Under the pieces are notes generated by a model. The model searched no databases. It was given only the letters and a program-made list of their open reading frames with translations, and was not told the DNA's origin. A DNA stretch of 64,000 nt from positions 113,104-177,103 of the forward strand of contig JACOXI010000003.1 in assembly GCA_016176335.1 (NCBI GenBank). The letters run 5' to 3'. The position numbers and the translations under genes are program-made. Positions 57,363-64,000 of this stretch are shown here, in pieces. The stretch is from Candidatus Daviesbacteria bacterium. GTDB taxonomy: Bacteria; Patescibacteriota; Microgenomatia; Daviesbacterales; UBA10151. Within the stretch, counting starts at the first letter, position 1; every line of letters begins with the position of its first letter.

Positions 57363-58291
57363 GCACCCAAGTAATAGTTAATACCGATTACCAAAAAAAG
57401 CCACAAAACTACTGTTGTCAGTAGAGGTTTGTCAGAAAGCAAGACTCGTTCAGGCGATTCCCCTTCCTTTTTTTCATAAATAATATACAGATATCTCATG
57501 ACTGCATAAATTACAACCGGGATTGTGACCATCAAAAATTTCGCCTCGGTAAAAGGTAAAGCAAGACCTCCTAATAAATTTGACACTAATTTGGTTGTTT
57601 GGATGGGAGGTTGCAAAAAGGCGAAGAAAGCATAAGTTAGCCAGGCAGCTGTTGCAAACATTGAAGTTAATATATCCAATAAGTTTTCCGGATAATGCAG
57701 TAAAGTTTCCCTATGACTTGGGGCTTGGCCCTGCATTAAAGTAAGTTCTGAACGTCTTTTTCCAATTGCCAAAAATAAGGCAAAGGAAGTAACAGACAAA
57801 AGGAACCAGACATTCAAGTGTGCATCTATTGCCCAAACACCGCCGTACACTCGTAAAACAAATCCAGCGGCAATTACCAAAACATCTATTAAAATGATCT
57901 GTTTCAAGATTACGGAATAGAACAGTTGTAGGATCAGATACGCCAAAGATGCAAAGAAAAATGCGGGAGAGAGTTTATAGGAAAGAGGAAGGGCAACTAT
58001 AATTGTAAAAAGAGCTAAACTGGTGGCTAAGGGAACAGGTACCAATCCTGATGCAATCGGCCGCTTTCTTTTAAAAGGATGTAACTTATCTCTGTCTATG
58101 TCAAAAACGTCATTTAACAAATAGGTTGCGGAGGAGAAAGCGCAAAACAGGACAAAGGCAATGATACTGGTTGTTAGCGCATTTTGATCAAAAAGAGTAC
58201 CTGAAAAAATCACAGCCGCAAAAACCGCAAAGTTTTTTATCCATTGTCGGGGCCTTGTTGATTTGATAATCCCCCAAAGAAGTTTAACCAT
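57359..58291 (-). CDS. UbiA-family polyprenyl-phosphate phosphoribosyltransferase
   Basis: RPRQWIKN, YLLND..D...D..HP.KR.RPIASG, GFVLR, KRRSEL. Confidence 0.9.
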   Translation of the reverse strand: MVKLLWGIIKSTRPRQWIKNFAVFAAVIFSGTLFDQNALTTSIIAFVLFCAFSSATYLLNDVFDIDRDKLHPFKRKRPIASGLVPVPLATSLALFTIIVALPLSYKLSPAFFFASLAYLILQLFYSVILKQIILIDVLVIAAGFVLRVYGGVWAIDAHLNVWFLLSVTSFALFLAIGKRRSELTLMQGQAPSHRETLLHYPENLLDILTSMFATAAWLTYAFFAFLQPPIQTTKLVSNLLGGLALPFTEAKFLMVTIPVVIYAVMRYLYIIYEKKEGESPERVLLSDKPLLTTVVLWLFLVIGINYYLGA

Positions 58292-59322
58292 AGTATTGCG
58301 CCCAAAGTTACTGTTGCAATGACAATGCCTGCAAAGAGTTTGCCGGAAGAGGACAAACTTAAGGCCGCTGCCCCTAAGATAGCAGATGCCAATATATAAA
58401 ACAAGGATATCATCTTGTGAGATAACCCCTGTTCTAAAAGTTTATGGTGTAGGTGTCCCCTGTCTCCCCAAACAGGTGATTTGCCCTGTAGAACTCTTCT
58501 TACAAAAGTGTAGGCAAAATCAGTTGCAGGGATTAAAAGTACCAGTCCTGCTGTTGCCAATTTTGCCCCCGAAAGAATTGCCAGCGTTGCTATCATAAAC
58601 CCTAAAATTGTTGAGCCTGAAAAACCGGGAAATATTTTTGCCGGATACCAATTAAACAACAGGAGGGAAAAGGAGACACCTGCCGTAATAAAAGAAAGTT
58701 TGGCAACGTTTGATTGAACAGGGTCCCCCAAAAGGTAGAGTTTTACAGATAAAAGACCCAAGATTAAACTGGCAATTGTTACAATTCCCGGCATCTGACC
58801 ATCCACACCTTTGGACCAGTTAATCATATTCATGACCCAAACGATCCAGATGATAGTTAACAAACTTGCCAAATTTATATCTATGGAGACCCCTAAAAAA
58901 TTTAGGGAAAATGTGATGGTATCAAGATAAAGAATTCCTCCTAAGGGGTTGGTGATAAATTTTATGCCCACACCGCTTATTACCATCATTAGGCTCGCTA
59001 TGAATTGAACAACTAATCTGATATAAGGGGAAAGATTTTGATACTTATCATCTAAAAGACCAATGATAAGTAAAATGATGAGGCCGGCAATTAAACCTGG
59101 CGTATAAGTTTGAAAAGGAATAAAAATTAAAATAGAAATCAAAAGACCAATGAAACAAGCTAAACCTCCTGCCCTGGGAACTATTCTTTTTTGCACATGA
59201 GCAGGGTGCAATCTGACCTTTGGGTTGTCCAAAAGATTAAACTTATTGGCAATTTTTATTGTTGGAAAAAACGATAAGGAAGTTATCAGGAATGAAAAAA
59301 TAGCTGGGATAAGAAATTCCAT
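58237..59322 (-). CDS. MraY/WecA/TagO family glycosyltransferase
   Basis: PRAGG, GLLDD, N..NW.KGVDG, FNWYPAKIFPG, DRGHLHH; start revised to MEFLIP. Confidence 0.9.
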   Translation of the reverse strand: MEFLIPAIFSFLITSLSFFPTIKIANKFNLLDNPKVRLHPAHVQKRIVPRAGGLACFIGLLISILIFIPFQTYTPGLIAGLIILLIIGLLDDKYQNLSPYIRLVVQFIASLMMVISGVGIKFITNPLGGILYLDTITFSLNFLGVSIDINLASLLTIIWIVWVMNMINWSKGVDGQMPGIVTIASLILGLLSVKLYLLGDPVQSNVAKLSFITAGVSFSLLLFNWYPAKIFPGFSGSTILGFMIATLAILSGAKLATAGLVLLIPATDFAYTFVRRVLQGKSPVWGDRGHLHHKLLEQGLSHKMISLFYILASAILGAAALSLSSSGKLFAGIVIATVTLGAILWLNFFGGLSNQQGPDNG

Positions 59323-59687
59323 TATGCAAAAATTAAAAATATTTTTATCACAGTTGTCAAAAAGATTAAAGTAATTATAAGTGATGCCAATATCAAGATA
59401 TTTTTGAAGAACCCTTGGGAAGGATGGAGATGCCAAATTAAAATTAAGTTTATCAGGTCAATTAAAGCAATAGTTGCAGGAATAATAAAAAATTGCTGGT
59501 GATAAACAAGCTGTGCATTACCCCAGGGAAGTGAGTAAAAGAGCGGAAGTTTGGGGGGTAAAAACTGAAAAAAGATTAAAATAAAAAAAGTAAGCAGTAA
59601 AGATAAACCTAAAGGTAAAGATGCAAGATAGAGGTATAAATTCTTATTTAAATTTTCAATGTAGAATTCGTTTTTAAACTGGGACAT
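59322..59687 (-). CDS. Small three-TM membrane protein
   Basis: LPPKLPLFYSLPWG motif between TMs. Confidence 0.7.
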   Translation of the reverse strand: MSQFKNEFYIENLNKNLYLYLASLPLGLSLLLTFFILIFFQFLPPKLPLFYSLPWGNAQLVYHQQFFIIPATIALIDLINLILIWHLHPSQGFFKNILILASLIITLIFLTTVIKIFLIFA

Positions 59688-59691
59688 AACT

Positions 59692-61470
59692 TCAGGCTTT
59701 CTCAAGTAAACGTGCCTTGTTGGTGACCCTAAATTCTAATTTTTTACCGAACATTAAAGAGGTTTGGGCATCTATTGCAGGAAGAGACGAAATGGTGATC
59801 AGTATGATTGGCACCAAAATCCATTGCAAAAAAGACCAAATTTTTCTAAAAATTGACCAATTTTTTGGCCTTTTTGGAACTAATTTTTCATGAATATAGA
59901 TGGTGGCAAAAAGCCCTAAAAAGGCGGCAGTCAAAATCCAGGAAGAAACAATAGGTAAGTTAACCGATAGAACTGATTCTTTAAAATTGGGGTTGACTAT
60001 CGGGATTAAAATACTGCCGAAAGTGACGAAAATTGCCAAAAACCCCCACTTTAAGTCACCCCAAATTTTAAACAATACCTTATCAGTTTTGTCCCAAAAA
60101 TCAATTTCTTTGGTAAAGTATTGCCTGATAATAAAGGGGATATGTTCAACCCCGTACGCCCATCTTCTAATTTGTAAATACTGATTTTGAAAGGTTTTAA
60201 GTAAGGTGGTGTCTTGTACAGCATCAGCTGAAATCGGCAAAAAATGTGGGATCACCTTGTAGTCTCCGTTGAAGTGAAAATAGGCTTTCCAATAGAAACC
60301 GTTATCATCATTTACTTTATCCGGTATCCAACCACCAATATCCAACAAAGCTTTTAAACTTATAGACATTGAGGAGTAGTTCATATATTTGTCAGATCCT
60401 ACCATTTCCGCAAGTTGCCAAAACGATGTCCCAACAGCCATCAGTCTCATAGGGGTGGGGGTTTGCCAATAGTTATTGTGATATAAAAATACTCCGGTGA
60501 AAGTCCGCTGATCTCTTTGGTTTTGTGGTAAAGACAAATACTTGTGTAGAGCCCCGGAAAGAAATTGGGGGTGCATAACAAAATCAGCATCCAATGTTGT
60601 GACAAAAACGTCTTCTATTTTTACATCCATTTTTTTGAGATCTTCTACTATATGTTTGATCATCCAGTTTTTATTTGATCCCTGACCCGGTACCTCACCT
60701 GCCAATCCAAAGGGGTGGATTGTGGTAAAAACCTTGGCAATTTTTCTCTCTATATTTTTTTTAAGGTATTCTTTAGTTTGTTCAATTTTTTCCGGATTAT
60801 CCCTTTCTTCAAATCCTACTGCTAAAAAAATTTTATCTTTCGGGTAATCGGATTTAGTAATTGCATCAAATGTTGGACCGAGAATATACGGAGCTTCCTT
60901 ATATGTTGGGACCAGTATCAGATGATAGTATTTATTCCAATCATTGGGAAAATCTTTTTGTAATCTTTTAAACCAATCTTGTTTTTTGGCCCATTCCATT
61001 TTTTTGTAACCTATCAAGATAAATCCCCCTATTCTCAAAGCAACCAACAGCCAGTAAACATCAGCTATAAGTATCAGATATGCCACAGCATAAGGTAACG
61101 TAAAAGATAGCCAGATAGGGGAGGTGAGGGCAAGCCAGGTGAGTGATCCCGGCAAAATTTCCAACAATCTTTCAAAAGCAGTTTCGTGTTTTAAAACAAA
61201 CTCCTTTTCAGGGCCCTCGAAGAAAACAAATTTTTGTGAAAGGAGGTGGTGGATTATCATCCCAAGACCTGACCCGATCAACAAAGAAGATAACAAAACA
61301 TTTAGTCCTCCCTCAAGGAGAGATCCGCCAAAAAGACCTACTACAAACCCTAAAATAACCAACATGAGTCCCAAAATGGAATATCTGATACCTGAAATCA
61401 GGCGGTGGATAATTTCTGAAATATAAAAAAAAGATAAAAACCCGAGAAAAAAGAATAATAAAAAGCGCAT
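59692..61470 (-). CDS. Glycosyltransferase family 2 membrane protein
   Basis: PTYKE, TTLDAD, Q.RRWAYG; flanking TMs. Confidence 0.9.
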   Translation of the reverse strand: MRFLLFFFLGFLSFFYISEIIHRLISGIRYSILGLMLVILGFVVGLFGGSLLEGGLNVLLSSLLIGSGLGMIIHHLLSQKFVFFEGPEKEFVLKHETAFERLLEILPGSLTWLALTSPIWLSFTLPYAVAYLILIADVYWLLVALRIGGFILIGYKKMEWAKKQDWFKRLQKDFPNDWNKYYHLILVPTYKEAPYILGPTFDAITKSDYPKDKIFLAVGFEERDNPEKIEQTKEYLKKNIERKIAKVFTTIHPFGLAGEVPGQGSNKNWMIKHIVEDLKKMDVKIEDVFVTTLDADFVMHPQFLSGALHKYLSLPQNQRDQRTFTGVFLYHNNYWQTPTPMRLMAVGTSFWQLAEMVGSDKYMNYSSMSISLKALLDIGGWIPDKVNDDNGFYWKAYFHFNGDYKVIPHFLPISADAVQDTTLLKTFQNQYLQIRRWAYGVEHIPFIIRQYFTKEIDFWDKTDKVLFKIWGDLKWGFLAIFVTFGSILIPIVNPNFKESVLSVNLPIVSSWILTAAFLGLFATIYIHEKLVPKRPKNWSIFRKIWSFLQWILVPIILITISSLPAIDAQTSLMFGKKLEFRVTNKARLLEKA

Positions 61471-61495
61471 AATTTTCTAAGAAAATTAACAGGTT

Positions 61496-61539
61496 CTGCG
61501 AGCACGAAGTATAATATTTCATACTGAAGTGCGAAGCAG
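61496..61539 (+). repeat. Intergenic hairpin with tandem GA mismatches
   Basis: CTGC-GA-GCAC-GA-AGTAT..ATACT-GAA-GTGC-GAA-GCAG. Confidence 0.55.
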
Positions 61540-61590
61540 GTCCTTATGATTTATTGTTAAGTTTAAGGTTTACTCTGGTAAAAAGCAAAT

Positions 61591-62427
61591 TTAGTTTAGC
61601 TTCAAAAGTTTCTTAACGTTTTCTGTTGTTTGAATTCCTATTTCCTTCAAAGATATTCCTTTTTCTTCTGCAATAAGTTGGGCAATTTCTAAAACATTTA
61701 CAGGTTCATTTCTTTGGCCCCGCTTGCTTTGAGGGGGTAAAAACGGGCAATCTGTTTCCAACACTATTCTACCCAATGGTAGTATCTTGACAGCTTCTCT
61801 TAAGTAATCATTTTTAGGATAAGTTAGAGTTCCTGCAAAAGAAACCAGAAACTTGGTGGTTTGTAGTATGTAGTCGGTAATTTGGGGTAAACCACTGTAG
61901 CAATGGAATATGCCAAAATGATCTTGGGTCATATTAATTATCTCTTCCCAAGCCTCTGAAGTTTGGGGGTTTTGAGATCGGTCATCACGACAGTGAACTA
62001 TTAAAGGTAAGTTTAATTTTTTAGCCAAGTCAATTTGGGCTTGAAAAAGCTTTCTTTGTGAATCTTTTTGTTGATCGATTGATAGGGAAGATGGCAGGTA
62101 ATCCAAACCGCATTCGCCAACAGCCACCACCTTGGATGTACTAGAAAGATATATTTGTTCTAACCTCTCCATGTCCTTATGTATGGATACAGCATTAGGA
62201 TATTTAATAGATTCATGTGGATGAATACCAATTGTGGAATAAGCAGAAAAACCTGGCATTGTTGCCAGTTTACCCTGAACCTGTTGCAGTGCTATCTGAC
62301 TTTTCTCAACATCAACACCGACATTTATTATAGTTGTTACGCCAGCATCCACAGAGCGCTTTATAACCTCATCTAGATCATCTTTATATGAATCCCAATA
62401 TAAATGAGCATGAGTATCAATTAACAT
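61591..62427 (-). CDS. tatD: TatD family hydrolase
   Basis: IDTHAHL, GIHPH, VGECGLDY, IVHCRD, FHCYSG, LETDCPFL, RNEP. Confidence 0.95.
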   Translation of the reverse strand: MLIDTHAHLYWDSYKDDLDEVIKRSVDAGVTTIINVGVDVEKSQIALQQVQGKLATMPGFSAYSTIGIHPHESIKYPNAVSIHKDMERLEQIYLSSTSKVVAVGECGLDYLPSSLSIDQQKDSQRKLFQAQIDLAKKLNLPLIVHCRDDRSQNPQTSEAWEEIINMTQDHFGIFHCYSGLPQITDYILQTTKFLVSFAGTLTYPKNDYLREAVKILPLGRIVLETDCPFLPPQSKRGQRNEPVNVLEIAQLIAEEKGISLKEIGIQTTENVKKLLKLN

Positions 62428-62428
62428 T

Positions 62429-63841
62429 TTAGATTCTAGGAAAAAGTGGAGTACCTGATTTAATATGGCCTTTGAATTGTTCTAGGATTTTTTCTACAGT
62501 TTCCGGCAAAAATGGTTGGAGGTTAAAAGCTATATGTTGGATTCTTTTAACTAATTCCACTAAAACTTCTTCTAACTTTTCACCAGATAATTCCCAGGGT
62601 TTTTCTTCGTTAACCTGTTTATCTGCTTGGGTTATTTCTCCCCAAATATGGTTCAATGCCTCGTTAAACTTAAAAGATGCAAGATAAACTGTCATCTTTG
62701 GGTCAAACTCTGTTGGTAAATTGGGAGCATTTAAATTAACTTTCTCACAAAGCTTGGCAACTCTGGCCACCAAATTCCCCAAACCATTGGCCAAATCTGC
62801 ATTGTAAATTTCTCTGAATCTTTCTTCAGTAAAATCTCCATCAGCATCTATTGGAATTTGGGAGAGCATATAGTAGCGAAGAGGTTCCAGCCCATATTGT
62901 TTTACCACATCTTGCGGAGAAATAACATTCCCCACTGACTTACTAATCTTTTCTCCTTTTAAATTAACAAATCCATGAATTAAAATTTGTTTTGGCAAGG
63001 GAAGCCCTGCTGATAAAAGCATAGCCGGCCAATAAACTGTATGGAATCGATTGATATCTTTACCGATAATATGCAAATCCGCAGGCCACCATTTTTTCCA
63101 TTTTTCCTCATCCCAGCCAAACCCTATTCCTGTCATATAAATATTTAAAGCATCAAACCAGACATAAATTTTTTGAGTTGGATCTTCCGGGACTGGTACA
63201 CCGACGCCTCTGGCACGCTCATTTGATCTGGAAACACTGAAATCTTCTAGACCGGATTTAATAAAGGATAAGACTTCTCTCTTTTTGTTTTCTGGAATAA
63301 TTTTAAATTCATTTGTTTCAATTGCATGAATCAATTTATCCTGATATCTTGATAATCTGAAAAAATAATTTTCTTCTTTCACCGGTTCTGGTTTTTTCTG
63401 ATGGGTTGGACAAATTCCATCAACCAATTCTTCAGCGGTTTTAAAAGATTCACATCCAACACAATAAAGCCCCGCATATGCTTTTTTATAAATATCGCCA
63501 TTTTTTTCGCAAAGTTTCCACAGTTTTTGTACACCGGGCCAGTGTTTTTTTTGATCCGAACCTCTTTGAAAAACATCCAAATGCACTCCTAAAAATTCAT
63601 AAGTGTCATGCCAGATTTTGGAATTTCTATCTAAGAATTGCTGGACTGGTAAACCTTCTGTTTCTGCTGCCTGTACGTTTTTCAAAGCGTTTTCGTCAGC
63701 ACCAGAAAGCAGCAGTGTTTGGTAACCTTTTAATCGGTAATATCTTCGGACAGTATCTGCCTGAAAATATTCCAATGAATGACCGACATGGGGTAACCCG
63801 TTTACATACGGTATTGCTGTTGTTAAATAGAATTTTTTCAT
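62429..63841 (-). CDS. metG: Methionine--tRNA ligase (short form)
   Basis: TTAIPYVNG.PHVGH, YCVGCE, CPTH, IYVWFDAL, IGKDI.RFH..YWPAML, KISKS. Confidence 0.97.
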   Translation of the reverse strand: MKKFYLTTAIPYVNGLPHVGHSLEYFQADTVRRYYRLKGYQTLLLSGADENALKNVQAAETEGLPVQQFLDRNSKIWHDTYEFLGVHLDVFQRGSDQKKHWPGVQKLWKLCEKNGDIYKKAYAGLYCVGCESFKTAEELVDGICPTHQKKPEPVKEENYFFRLSRYQDKLIHAIETNEFKIIPENKKREVLSFIKSGLEDFSVSRSNERARGVGVPVPEDPTQKIYVWFDALNIYMTGIGFGWDEEKWKKWWPADLHIIGKDINRFHTVYWPAMLLSAGLPLPKQILIHGFVNLKGEKISKSVGNVISPQDVVKQYGLEPLRYYMLSQIPIDADGDFTEERFREIYNADLANGLGNLVARVAKLCEKVNLNAPNLPTEFDPKMTVYLASFKFNEALNHIWGEITQADKQVNEEKPWELSGEKLEEVLVELVKRIQHIAFNLQPFLPETVEKILEQFKGHIKSGTPLFPRI

Positions 63842-63844
63842 GCT

Positions 63845-64000
63845 TTACTTTCGTACATGCGTCAGTTTAGGGATTTTTGGCAGTTTAGTCAAATTTTTAA
63901 ATCCTGAGTTTATCGAAGGACTTCTTTTTTTCATTTTCCTAAAATAGCTTATCGAAAGGATAATCATCACCGCGGCAATACCTCCGGTTACTAAATTTAG
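63845..64000 (-). CDS. 3' end of a membrane protein truncated by the window edge
   Basis: Open frame LNLVTGGIAAVMIILSISYFRK..HVRK* ending 3 nt before metG; carries the repeat TCCTGAGTTTATCGAAGGA (63902-63920, + strand) in frame. Confidence 0.55.
   Translation of the reverse strand, partial: LNLVTGGIAAVMIILSISYFRKMKKRSPSINSGFKNLTKLPKIPKLTHVRK

Overview
Origin-of-replication region of a small, low-GC bacterial chromosome whose gene content points to Patescibacteria (CPR, probably Microgenomates; inference). Core genes: dnaN-oriC-dnaA, rpmH-rnpA-yidD-yidC-jag, rnhA, rplY, valS, tsaD, thpR, ahcY, murB, groES/groEL, tatD, metG and envelope genes. Left of the origin is a T4SS-like locus: six tandem VirB2/TrbC-type pilins, VirB6-like, PrgI, VirB4 and an SLT-zincin fusion. 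It is interrupted by a frameshifted M23 lipoprotein, a 1416-aa orphan and a TA pair. Two riboswitches (cobalamin at 18008-18148 on -, SAM-I at 43536-43692 on +) both sit upstream of proteins of unknown function. The strongest unexplained signal is a dispersed repeat system. A four-helix-bundle (IVS-protein/Avd-like) gene is bracketed by 7-nt-periodic arms, and the same two arms occur elsewhere joined with no gene between them, once intergenically and once in frame inside tsaD. A second ~110-bp heptamer element and a CCTGAG..CGAAGG mini-hairpin family also occur; the latter nests in itself and sits inside both riboswitches. Most repeat copies flip orientation across oriC. No rRNA, tRNA, CRISPR array, transposase or reverse transcriptase was seen. 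All product calls come from motif recognition, not database searches.
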